Origin: Nitrosopumilus sp.
Lineage (GTDB): Archaea > Thermoproteota > Nitrososphaeria > Nitrososphaerales > Nitrosopumilaceae
Assembly (NCBI GenBank): GCA_965218785.1
Contig: OZ244650.1
Location: 800,001-864,000 of the forward strand
DNA length: 64,000 bases
Direction: 5' to 3'
Shown here: positions 53,750 through 64,000 of the stretch, piece after piece
Layout of the letters: each line of letters opens with the position of its first letter
Position numbering within the stretch: position 1 is the first letter of the stretch
Translations under genes and position numbers: made by a program
Notes under the pieces: model-generated
Database searches by the model: none
What the model was told of the DNA's origin: nothing
What the model saw: only the letters and a program-made list of their open reading frames with translations

Positions 53750-55006
53750 ATGATGACAAATCCGGATGAATTTGTAATTAGAACTCCGGATGATCTGTAC
53801 AATGAATTCAGATCAGCAACAGAGCAGTTGTGCAAGCAAATGGGATTAGACCTAGAGAAGATACAGTACGAACCAAGAATGGAAACTAGAGGTAAAGGAT
53901 TGGACTATGTTTCATCACAACACCCTCCTGAAGGCGACGGTTTTGAATTCCACATAAAAACATTTACTAAAAATGACAACATTATTGGAAACACAATCGA
54001 GATTAGTATAGATATTAAGAATTCCAACAGAGTAACCCTGCATTATTTAGATCGTAAAATGGAGAAGCATGAATGGCATTCGAATTTTTTACAGAGATTG
54101 GTTTCACTAGCATGGTCTGAATATAATGATGAGGTGCTTTCAGACAAACTAGAAAATCTTTTTCATGATTCTGATATCAGGGTTTACGGTATACCAGATG
54201 ATCCAATTCTTACCCTTAAAGAGTTGGGGGTATTTTTAAAAGGAATGACATCAGTGACTGAAAAATTAACAATGTGTAAATTTTATCATGTTACAGGATC
54301 AGACAATTACAGACAGGTCAGTTTTGCGTTTTTAGCATCCGAATTAGATACACCACTCTGGGTGTTTTTTTTACAAGTAGGCTCGCCTGATAGCGGAGGT
54401 GCCAAGATAGCTTTGGACAGGGCATATGAAGAGATTGAGAAAGTAAAAAAGAAGATCAAAGTGGAGCCCAAAGAAATTCACATAGATTTTGACAAACTAG
54501 AATCATTTTTGATTGAACGCAGCAATTATTTTGAAAAAGGTTCCATCTCAAAAATATGTGAAAATTCAATTTTTGATCGTCATTATTTTGATGAATCAGA
54601 TTTTGGAGAAGAGTTTATAAAAAATTATAAAACAATGAAAAAACATTATAAAAATAACGAGTGGCGTTTAGCACTCCAAGAATTTCGTCCACTAGTTCAA
54701 GAGGCATTAAAAATCACATGTGATAAGAAAGGCATAGGCATTGCAGATATTCGTAATCCCGGTATTTCAAATTTAACTATAAGGATTATTCAGGCAAAAA
54801 TCCTGAAAAAAACAATGCAGAAATGGTTGGATGCAGTTGCCAACGATCCTAATATGGCAACTCATTCAGATTTTCCCACTGAAGAGGATCTACAGGATGA
54901 AAATATAAAAAACCGTATTTTTTTATCATTTCAAGTAGGGTTGAGCGTATTATCTGAACTCAAAGAAATTATCAATCCATTCCAAGATGAGTGGGAACAA
55001 GGTTAG
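53750..55006 (+). CDS. hypothetical protein with possible C-terminal HEPN/DUF4145-like helical domain
   Basis: 418 aa, AT-rich; ALQEFRPLVQEAL...DPNMATHS resembles a HEPN-fold RxxxxH region with the Arg missing. Confidence 0.6.
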   Translation: MMTNPDEFVIRTPDDLYNEFRSATEQLCKQMGLDLEKIQYEPRMETRGKGLDYVSSQHPPEGDGFEFHIKTFTKNDNIIGNTIEISIDIKNSNRVTLHYLDRKMEKHEWHSNFLQRLVSLAWSEYNDEVLSDKLENLFHDSDIRVYGIPDDPILTLKELGVFLKGMTSVTEKLTMCKFYHVTGSDNYRQVSFAFLASELDTPLWVFFLQVGSPDSGGAKIALDRAYEEIEKVKKKIKVEPKEIHIDFDKLESFLIERSNYFEKGSISKICENSIFDRHYFDESDFGEEFIKNYKTMKKHYKNNEWRLALQEFRPLVQEALKITCDKKGIGIADIRNPGISNLTIRIIQAKILKKTMQKWLDAVANDPNMATHSDFPTEEDLQDENIKNRIFLSFQVGLSVLSELKEIINPFQDEWEQG

Positions 55007-55116
55007 GAACAGTGGGAGGCGCATTGTATTTGATATCAGTTTGGTCTTTTTTCATGCTTTTAGGGAGCGATTCAAAATACCCCCAACCGAAATTTTTAAT
55101 AGACACAAAAATTCAA

Positions 55117-55165
55117 TCTGGAGAAGATTCGTATTTCATGTCTACATCTCCATAATTTCAGTACC
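55117..55165 (+). repeat. dispersed element A, copy 4
   Basis: TCTGGAGAAGATTCGTATTTCATGTCTACATCTCCATAATTTCAGTACC. Confidence 0.75.
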
Positions 55166-55182
55166 AAGCAATCAAAAACAAT

Positions 55183-55413
55183 TTAATTTTTGATCCTTTT
55201 TTTGTCCCTGCAAATCCCGCATAGGTAATTTTTTTTGAAATTTTCTAATTCTGTTTTAAATGCAATGGTTTTAGAGTGCTCTTTTCCCGTTTTTATTCCG
55301 CCTGGCACTCTTTTTCCACAGTTTGTACAGTGAATTACAATTTCTAGTCTTATCATCTTTTCATCATCTAATTTTTCCCCAATTATCATATGGTGTCTTT
55401 TATTGATTTTCAT
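55183..55413 (-). CDS. small zinc-ribbon hypothetical protein
   Basis: CTNCG...YLCGICRD. Confidence 0.65.
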   Translation of the reverse strand: MKINKRHHMIIGEKLDDEKMIRLEIVIHCTNCGKRVPGGIKTGKEHSKTIAFKTELENFKKNYLCGICRDKKRIKN

Positions 55414-55918
55414 ATAAACATGCTCAGCAGAATAAAGACTGGCAGATCAAAGCAGGATTAATCATCAAAACTAGAGAGTCTTGAGAAAAAAGAACAAGTG
55501 CGGTATATTTGAAATGCGGGTGATTCCAAACATCAAACAAAGAAATGGAGTGACAAGCCATAACTAAATCATCATCAGTTTGTATACTTTGATCATGTCT
55601 TGGGATTTGTTTGTGATCTCACTGAAAACACATCTGATTTGAACTGAACAATGCCTCAATACCCGTATGATTTCATTGCTACTTGTATGCTTGTTCTTGC
55701 GTAAGACATATCAAAAATTATACATCTGGAAAAACAAAGTGATTCAAGAACACAGAATAACAGGCTCTTGTTTCATCATTGGCTCGTTTAAGCCTCTGAT
55801 TTTATTATCTACATGCCTTTCTTGTCCTTACGTAATATCTAAAAATTTAAGGTGATTTAATGTTCTATACCTTAAGGTTTGAAAAAGATTTATAATTCAA
55901 GTTTATTTTTAGAATTAT

Positions 55919-56098
55919 ATGACTAGGTGGAAAAAAGATGCTACTGAATTCGAGGTCGGCGTGATCAATCTTACTAGCAGTAATGGACCTGCTTCAAAAA
56001 CATGTATAATTCCAAAACCGATATTTGAATTATTAAAAAGACCAACTCGATTAAAATTTAAAATCATTGGAAAAAGAATAGAGGTTCAAAGTGTTTAG
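55919..56098 (+). CDS. AbrB/MazE-like small DNA-binding protein (59 aa)
   Basis: Manual translation MTRWKKDATEFEVGVINLTSSNGPASKTCIIPKPIFELLKRPTRLKFKIIGKRIEVQSV; IPKPI..LL swapped-hairpin pattern; TTTATAA box upstream. Confidence 0.65.
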   Translation: MTRWKKDATEFEVGVINLTSSNGPASKTCIIPKPIFELLKRPTRLKFKIIGKRIEVQSV

Positions 56099-56340
<242 letters not shown>

Positions 56341-56344
<4 letters not shown>

Positions 56345-58242
56345 GAAAGTCTCTCAAAAAAACTAAACAGCGGTTAGATCGGATTTCTGAATACACCGAT
56401 AACGAAACTGTGGAAGAATTAATGGATGTTATAGAAATTCCAAAACAGCCTGAATTTTACAAAATTCCACGAAGGTTTGGTTCCATTCCTGTAGATGAGC
56501 TTCCTCTAGGTTGTGATAAAGACAAACAGTATTATAAAATTTATCCACGAGTTGCACTACCATTTCAAAAAGCCGATAGAATAACATTTGGTCATACAAA
56601 ATTAGAACCTAACAGATTATTTTGGGGAGATAATCTACATGTAATGCGAATACTTCCATCAAATTCCATAGATTTGATTTACATTGATCCTCCATTTTTT
56701 TCTGGAACGAATTATAATGTTATTTTTGGAGATCAAAATGAAATAAGATCTTTTACGGATATTTGGGACGGGGGGATGATTAGTTATTTGATATGGCTTA
56801 ATGCCCGATTGTTGGAAATTAAAAGAATTCTTAAATCTACAGGAGCTCTTTATTTACATTTAGATTTTCATGCATCTCATTATGTAAAACAAGAATTAGA
56901 TAAAATTTTTGGAATCGATAATTTTCGAAATGAAATAATATGGCATTATGGACAAAGAACAATGCATAATAAATATAAATTTAATTCCAAACATGATGTA
57001 ATTTTATTTTATTCAAAATCAAACAAACATATTATTAATCAAATAACACTACCTTGGACAAAAGACGATATATCTAAAACACGAGTAAGAAAAATTCTCA
57101 AAGATGACAATGGTAAAGAATACATTTTAGATAATCGCTCTGTATCTAAGGGGTATCCTGTAAAAAAGCAGTATATCGATGACATCATAAAAAAAGGAAA
57201 AGCAATTGATAGTGTTTGGAATATACCTATGATAGTGAGTACCAGTTCTGAAAGAATTGGTTATCCTACTCAAAAACCTGAGGTGCTTTTAGAAAGAATA
57301 ATCAAAGCTTCAACAAAAGAAGGTGATGTAGTAGCTGATTTTTTCTGTGGTGGAGGAACAACACCTACCGTAGCTCAAAAATTAAACCGTAAATGGATTG
57401 CATGTGATCAATCCAGAGTTGCAGTTGCAATAACCCAAGGCAGATTGGAAACACTGCATGAAAAATCTGAAAGCGCAGGAACTCAACAGACCCTGCTTCC
57501 AATACCTGACATATCTGTGGAATACTGGGGAACCTACGAGGTGCCAGCATTGGAGGATCTCACAGACATGGAGTTTAGAAATTTTGTCGTTTCTGCATAT
57601 GGTGGCAGAACAGCGTCAGGTGATGGAACCATTCACGGATTCAAACAACAGACACCGCTGTTTGTAGGTTCGTCAAAACAGAAAAACAGAATTACAAAAA
57701 ACAATGTCTTGGAGTTTGCAAGGGAAATATCTGAAACAAAGGGTGTGTACAAGGGAGTGATGCTTGCATGGTCTTTTGCTGATTCTGCCAGATTTGCAGC
57801 AGAAAAGCTAAAAGGAGAAAACCATGCAGAGATTGATCTGATTCAGATCTCACTTACCGAGATTGATTCTGCCACATTTAGAAATCACATAGTAAAACTC
57901 CACGATGATTACAAATCATTATTGACGTTTATCTTGCCACCGGATGTAACTTTACACCACAAAAAAATTAGTTCCATGACGTACAGGTTTGATACATCCG
58001 AATCCATCGCACTAAACACTAGTACAAAAATCGTAAATGTACAATGGGATTTTGAATACAAGGGAAGATTCACGCCAACCCAGGGGTTTGCATATGGCAG
58101 GGAAGGCTCTGGGGATAAAATCAAACCAATGTTTATTGTACAACACAAATTCAAACATCTTGGAAATACCCCAATAGCGGTTCGTGTTCAAGATGATCTG
58201 GGTGGAGAGAAAATACACACGGAGATAATTTCGGTGAGATGA
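56341..58242 (+). CDS. amino-methyltransferase (type III Mod-like, N6/N4) with C-terminal extension
   Basis: GDNL, IYIDPPF, YPTQKPEVLLERII, DFFCGGGTT. Confidence 0.9.
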
Positions 58243-60188
58243 TGCTAGATTCATTCATACAACACGAAGAAAAATTCAGGGATTGGAAGAATTCTGGATT
58301 TCCAAATGTAAAAGGCGAGACATATGATTTTATCGACAATATGTTGCATCATGATAAAGAAAACAAGATGTGGAAACACCAGACAGAAGGCATGCTTCGA
58401 GTCATCTACTCATTTGAGATATTGCAAAAAAGAAACAACCTTCTAAATATCGTAACAGGTGGCGGAAAGACTGCCATAATTGCAGCCATAATATTCTGGT
58501 TAAAATCTGCCCACAACATCAACAAGTTTGTCATACTGACTCCCAATACCATAGTCCGGGCAAGACTAGAATCTGATTTCAAAGATGGTACGGTGTTCCG
58601 GAAATTTGAATTTGCGACAGAACAAAACCAGATACTGCTAAATGATCTTGGATTGCATGTCATGAAGAGTGGTGAACAGCCGCAGGGAATGCTACAGTCG
58701 GGAATAATACTGGGTAATATCCAGCAGCTTTACTCATCAAAGAACACTAATAGAAATCTTGCATATCTCAAGGAATTTGTCGGAGATTTGGCAATATTTA
58801 ATGATGAGGCACACAACACTCCTGCACCCGAATACACAAACATACTAAACGAATTATCCCACAAATGCAGGATACGGTTGGACACTACTGCAACACCTGA
58901 CAGGGCAGACGGTTCAGAACCTGATTCGGAGATGATTTACTATTATGATGTGTCAAATGCGCTAGATGATGGAATAATAAAATCAGTAGTGGTATATCAG
59001 CCCGAAGTCAAACTACTTAAAATGACATATACCAATCCTGAAACCGGAGAAAAAAAAGATATTACCGAACTTGATGCAGAATTTGCAGAAGCAGAAAAGA
59101 ATCTAAAGCCGTTTCAGTGGATACTAGATCCAGAACCCATGAGAAAACAGATTGCAATCGCTCTACAACGTCACAAGGAACAGATTGCAAGGGCCAAGGG
59201 GAGATACAAGCCGATTCTGTTTGTAGTTACCATGAGCATACAGGAGGGACAAAGGGTTCAAAAAACACTTCAGGATGTCTTTAAGATAAACACGTTGCTT
59301 GTAACGGAGGAATCCGATGAGAGAGACCGAGATGAAGCACTGCACATTGGAACATTTGAGAGCAAGTATGAGGCAGTAGTTAGTGTGCTTATGCTACGGG
59401 AGGGATGGGATGTACCGGAGGTATCTACCATACTATTGCTAAGAAAGTTCTCATCGCCAGTATACGGCCAGCAGGTCATAGGTAGAGGACTACGAAAGAT
59501 AATACGAAAGCCTGAAGAAAGAGAGATACTGGCAGTGGTGGATCATCCACGTCTGGAACACGACTGGCTGTGGAGAATGGTGGCAGTAAGCAAGATAAAT
59601 CAGGAGGTGGCAGACGGACAGATATTTGATCCTAGTGAGGATCTGCCAAAACCGATAATTCAAACAATGGTCAGACCTGAAAAAATAATAAAAATTCCAC
59701 CTGCAACTTTTGATACAAATATCCCCTGGGGGAAATATGAGGAAGAAATACCTGAAGATGAATCTGAAAATGACTGGTATGCAATGCTGGATAGGGCATC
59801 ATATGACAAGGAAAGATGGACCATATCCAGAACACGGATCAGCACTGTTGAGGCAAAAGAGCTCAAAAATAGACGTCTTGAAATTCTAAACGGAGTAAGT
59901 GACTATGATTTTAACATATCCGGACAGTATCCTAGAGATATCCTGGAAGAAAAATTCAAGGAAACACTATTGGGAATATGTGCAGGTCTGCTAGATGAAT
60001 CTGGATTTGGAAATACGAATCGCGGCAAACTGTACAAGATCATGTTAAAACACATACGTGAAAAGATATTTGCAGGAAAGCCGTTGTCAGAGGCAGAACG
60101 CGATGATATTGAGTTTGCCATGTATATGATGCCTGAGATACGGGATAGTTTCTCAAAACCGATAATTGCAGGAATCGTGGAGAGTTAA
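58239..60188 (+). CDS. type III restriction-like SF2 helicase (ResIII)
   Basis: TGGGKT, DEAH, TATP, LREGWDVP, QVIGRGLR; ATGA overlap with the MTase. Confidence 0.9.
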   Translation: MMLDSFIQHEEKFRDWKNSGFPNVKGETYDFIDNMLHHDKENKMWKHQTEGMLRVIYSFEILQKRNNLLNIVTGGGKTAIIAAIIFWLKSAHNINKFVILTPNTIVRARLESDFKDGTVFRKFEFATEQNQILLNDLGLHVMKSGEQPQGMLQSGIILGNIQQLYSSKNTNRNLAYLKEFVGDLAIFNDEAHNTPAPEYTNILNELSHKCRIRLDTTATPDRADGSEPDSEMIYYYDVSNALDDGIIKSVVVYQPEVKLLKMTYTNPETGEKKDITELDAEFAEAEKNLKPFQWILDPEPMRKQIAIALQRHKEQIARAKGRYKPILFVVTMSIQEGQRVQKTLQDVFKINTLLVTEESDERDRDEALHIGTFESKYEAVVSVLMLREGWDVPEVSTILLLRKFSSPVYGQQVIGRGLRKIIRKPEEREILAVVDHPRLEHDWLWRMVAVSKINQEVADGQIFDPSEDLPKPIIQTMVRPEKIIKIPPATFDTNIPWGKYEEEIPEDESENDWYAMLDRASYDKERWTISRTRISTVEAKELKNRRLEILNGVSDYDFNISGQYPRDILEEKFKETLLGICAGLLDESGFGNTNRGKLYKIMLKHIREKIFAGKPLSEAERDDIEFAMYMMPEIRDSFSKPIIAGIVES

Positions 60189-60536
60189 ATGTCGATACAT
60201 GGCATCTTTGAGAATCCACAAAAAAGTGTATTCTCTATAGAATATTATGATTCAACATGGGAGCATGACTATATGAAGGAATTAGAAAAAGACGACATTG
60301 TATCAAAATGGACTAAAAACCATGGGATAAGAATTCCATATCTTGCAGATGACAACAAGTACAAGTATTATAATCCGGATTTTCTAGTGGAAAGATCTGA
60401 TGGTACAATAGAACTAGTCGAGATGAAGAGTACCCATATGCTAAAAGCGACAAATACAAAAAGAAAAGCAGAATATGCCAAGAAATGGTGTGATGCCCGG
60501 AGTATTGAATATCGTCTCATTTCTAGATATCAATGA
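60189..60536 (+). CDS. stand-alone PD-(D/E)xK nuclease, TnsA-N-like
   Basis: YDSTWE..YM..LE, YNPDFLVE, LVEMK. Confidence 0.8.
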   Translation: MSIHGIFENPQKSVFSIEYYDSTWEHDYMKELEKDDIVSKWTKNHGIRIPYLADDNKYKYYNPDFLVERSDGTIELVEMKSTHMLKATNTKRKAEYAKKWCDARSIEYRLISRYQ

Positions 60537-60940
60537 AGGTAGTTGTATGTGTAAGATCAATATGGAATAACATGATACGGAATTGATATGGATGACTTGC
60601 TATTCAAAAGTCAAATATTGGAATCCGGAGAAAATTGATATTTCATGTTTATGCCCTCACAACTTGGTAGATTTCAGATTAAACACTCTCAGAAAGAGAT
60701 AGTGGATTTTGATAAATTTTAGTGATTTATAACACAAATCATGAAATACAGATCTTCTCCGAACTACACTGTAATTTTACTAGATAATTTAACTGGGATC
60801 GTCTATGTTGAATTCTGCGGTTAAATTTTGGTGTTCAGATCATTATTTTACACTCGTGCGAGATAGTGATTGCACTCAAAAAGAGTACCCGAGAAGATTT
60901 GATATGAAAAAATTATAAATTAGTTATAGAATTATAAATT

Positions 60941-63900
60941 ATGAGCAGTATTTTCTCCGTTCGTGAAGACCATATCAATAATTTATCTCCAGAATATTGT
61001 GTACAATTATTCGGAGAATTACTCCATTCTGATGCTAGACGTCTCAAACTCTCTATATCTAAGGTTAATTTTACAACAAAAACTGTTCCTGATGGTGGAA
61101 TTGATGCTTCTATCGAAGATGGGATTTCTCAAGAGGGTGATCTGATAATTGATCCTGAATCTTTTTACCAAATTAAATCTGGAGAAACATTTTCTTCATG
61201 GCAAGAATCTGAAATCAAAGAAGAATTATTACATGGAAAACCTCCCATAAAACAAAATCTTGGTGATGAAGTTCAAAGATGTTTTGAACGAAACGGGACC
61301 TATATCTTAGTATGCATGAAAGTTCAATTGTCTACTCAACAAAAAAAACAATCTGAAAAAAATTTAATCAATGTTTTAACTGCATGTGGAATAGATAATC
61401 CCAAAGTCAAAGTATGGGGCCAAGACAAAATTATTGGTACAATTGCTTCATACCCTTCATTAGTTTTACGATTGACAAGAAAAGATGCTCCTGTCTTTCA
61501 ATCTCATCAGGATTGGTCAAATAATCATGACATGCAAAGAGAACTGGTACTTGGAAAAAAACAAAAGGACTTTATAAAAATAATTCAAGAAGCACTTCTT
61601 GATGATTCTGAAACTGTTCATGTACATATCTATGGTGAAACTGGAGTTGGAAAGACAAGACTTGTTTTAGAATCTACAAGAATTTCTTTCTTATGTCCTC
61701 TTGTGATCTATTGTTCATCTCCAAAAGAATTTCTTTCAAAATCACTGCTAAATGAAATTATTGCTGATAATAAGTTACATTGTATTTTGATTATTGATGA
61801 ATGTTACTATCTTGATCATTTAAACATATGGAATAAGTTGGCATCTCTTGGTTCTCGAATAAAACTTGTTACCATGTCTCACGAATATCGAAGAGTTGAT
61901 GAAACTACAAAGCAAAATGAAGCTCCAAATTTAGATGAATCACAAATTAAAGAAATTATTAAGAAATACCATGATGATGACATTTTGGCAGGTAGATTAT
62001 CAAGAATTTGTAATGGAATTCCTCGTTTGGCTCATATGATCGGATGGGATTTAAAAAATAATCCTAAAGAAATCCTTCGTGGTTCCCAAGATGTATTTGC
62101 ATTTTTTGACAGATATATTAACCAAGGAGAAGATCCTCTTTCAACACATGTGTTACAAAGAAAAAGAATTCTTTTAACAATTTCATTATTTAAAAAATTT
62201 GGAAGCATCACATATTTTCCTAATGAATTTAAGTCAGTACATGCGATTATTGAAGAGATAGATCCAAGTATTACATTACCAATATTTCTAGAACATGTAA
62301 AAGATTTACAAGATCGCAAAATTTTGCAAGGTCAGGAAACGTTGTATATTAGTCCTAAAGGATTGCATCTGTGGTTATGGATGGAGTGGTGGGAGTCTTA
62401 TCATGCATCAATTACATTTGAAAAATTAATCCAGATAATTCACCCTACTCTCAGAAAATGGTTCTTTACAATGTTTCAATATGCTGGTAATTCTGATGCG
62501 ACAAAAACTGTTGTACAAAAATTATTTAAAGACGGTGGCCCACTTTTAAATTCCGAATTCATAAAAACTAGTTTAGGTGCAGAGCTTTTTCATTCATTAT
62601 CTAATGCAGATCCTACAACTGCAACTGATTATCTTGAACGAACAATGGGAACATGGTCTAATAAAGAATTGTGTGATTTTTCAATAGGACGGAGATCCGT
62701 AATTTATGGGTTAGAAAGAATTGTTTTTGAGCCAGAACTCTTCACTCGGGGCGGTACACTTCTTAGAAGTTTGGCTGAAAATGAAAATGAAGAATGGTCA
62801 AATAATGCTACAGGGTTGTTTGCTAGCTTGTTTTCATTAGGTATCGGCTATGCTTCATTAACCAAAACCCCTCCTAAAATGAGACTTGCTTTGTTGAAAG
62901 AAACACTGTGTTCTGATAATGAAAATAGAAGAAATTTGGGGTTAAAAGCATGTGAATTTGCCTTAAAGACCGAGGATTTTTTATATCCTTCCGAACTGCC
63001 AGCAGATGAACTTAGAGTAGAACAAAAGGGTTGGGAACCAAAAATCAACCAAGACTGGGCTGATGCGTATAAATCCGTAATCGAATTAATTATTGAAAGA
63101 CTCCAAACATTTACAAATAAAGATAAGCAAAAATGTGCTTCGATGATCTCTCAAAACTCCAGATGGCTGTTTCATACATTTTCATTTATGGGAGAATACA
63201 TCGTAGAGAAATTATACCAGATTAAAAAATTTATTGACAAAGAAACCCTATTAGAAAATATTATTGATATTTTAGAATTTGAAAAAGATAGATTAACTCC
63301 AGAAACCAAATCAAAACTTGAGACACTTCAGATTGAAATTATTGGAACTGATTATTCTTCCCTTTTGAAAAGATATGTGGGGATGGATATTATGTTGGAT
63401 TTGGCAAACAAAGATCGTGAAAAAGAAAGGGTGGAACATATCCAAAAATTAGTTGAAATGTCGTTGAATACTGAAAAATTAAAACCAGAATTATCCTGGC
63501 TGACTACTGATAATGCGCGATATGGATACGTATTTGGACAAGAATTAGCAAAAAAAGATAATGATTTTTTATTACTGCCATTACTATTAGATGAACAAAG
63601 AAAAACTGATGAAAAAGGAACTGGTTTTTTCCTAAGCGGATATCTTGTAATTATTTTTGAAAAAAACCAGAAAAAATGGCTACAAATTATGAATGAAATA
63701 TCACAAGATCCTGAATTGATAAGATTTTTTACAGAAATAGCATGGAGATCTGGGATTACTGATGAAATTGGATTATTAATATTGAATCTGATAAAATCTC
63801 AAAAAATTAAAATCGATGAATTGGATAAATTTACTTTGGGTGGAGCTGTAAACAGACTCTCTGAAAAGGTGGTGTTAGAATGGATTGAATATATGATAGA

Positions 63901-64000
63901 TACTAATGAACAAAAGACAATTTTTAGCGCTATTTCATTGTATGATGCCTTCTTTGTATATAGAGCTGAAAAAACCTTGAATCCTGAAATCACCTTAAAA
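60941..64000 (+). CDS. Avs-like antiviral protein: N-terminal PD-(D/E)xK nuclease plus STAND NTPase (runs off window end)
   Basis: Manual translation of the 5' part: PDGGIDA...YQIKSG; Walker A GETGVGKT; Walker B LIIDEC; NNATGLFASLF; no stop noticed before the window end. Confidence 0.75.
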   Translation, partial: MSSIFSVREDHINNLSPEYCVQLFGELLHSDARRLKLSISKVNFTTKTVPDGGIDASIEDGISQEGDLIIDPESFYQIKSGETFSSWQESEIKEELLHGKPPIKQNLGDEVQRCFERNGTYILVCMKVQLSTQQKKQSEKNLINVLTACGIDNPKVKVWGQDKIIGTIASYPSLVLRLTRKDAPVFQSHQDWSNNHDMQRELVLGKKQKDFIKIIQEALLDDSETVHVHIYGETGVGKTRLVLESTRISFLCPLVIYCSSPKEFLSKSLLNEIIADNKLHCILIIDECYYLDHLNIWNKLASLGSRIKLVTMSHEYRRVDETTKQNEAPNLDESQIKEIIKKYHDDDILAGRLSRICNGIPRLAHMIGWDLKNNPKEILRGSQDVFAFFDRYINQGEDPLSTHVLQRKRILLTISLFKKFGSITYFPNEFKSVHAIIEEIDPSITLPIFLEHVKDLQDRKILQGQETLYISPKGLHLWLWMEWWESYHASITFEKLIQIIHPTLRKWFFTMFQYAGNSDATKTVVQKLFKDGGPLLNSEFIKTSLGAELFHSLSNADPTTATDYLERTMGTWSNKELCDFSIGRRSVIYGLERIVFEPELFTRGGTLLRSLAENENEEWSNNATGLFASLFSLGIGYASLTKTPPKMRLALLKETLCSDNENRRNLGLKACEFALKTEDFLYPSELPADELRVEQKGWEPKINQDWADAYKSVIELIIERLQTFTNKDKQKCASMISQNSRWLFHTFSFMGEYIVEKLYQIKKFIDKETLLENIIDILEFEKDRLTPETKSKLETLQIEIIGTDYSSLLKRYVGMDIMLDLANKDREKERVEHIQKLVEMSLNTEKLKPELSWLTTDNARYGYVFGQELAKKDNDFLLLPLLLDEQRKTDEKGTGFFLSGYLVIIFEKNQKKWLQIMNEISQDPELIRFFTEIAWRSGITDEIGLLILNLIKSQKIKIDELDKFTLGGAVNRLSEKVVLEWIEYMIDTNEQKTIFSAISLYDAFFVYRAEKTLNPEITLK

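Overview
This window is archaeal, most likely Nitrosopumilaceae (Thaumarchaeota). The evidence is a Ser-type thaumarchaeosortase, PAC2, Alba, deoxyhypusine synthase, archaeal ProS, SMC and EgtB/EgtD. Core housekeeping blocks (1-7.7 kb, 9.8-12.7 kb, 13.7-14.6 kb, 22-33 kb) alternate with AT-rich accessory segments. (i) The ~12.8-21.7 kb mosaic island holds a recurring 47-nt imperfect hairpin and a second ~50-bp dispersed element. These punctuate small cargo units: a Clp-fold protease pair, a GNAT toxin-like gene with three diversified antitoxin-like micro-ORFs, RelB/RelE-like relics, an HNH relic, DprA and two tRNA-like sequences with GTC anticodons. (ii) A ~16.6 kb giant surface-protein gene (8 NHL beta-propellers plus Ig-like domains) is broken by a frameshift, a TAG and a scrambled patch. 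It lies downstream of a secreted protein gene and an IS3 relic. (iii) A defence island (53-64 kb) contains an IS110 relic, a type III-like R-M operon preceded by an (ACAG)18 microsatellite inside a leader ORF that overlaps the methyltransferase start, and an Avs-like nuclease-STAND gene running off the window end. All calls come from reading the sequence and recalled motif knowledge; no searches were run.
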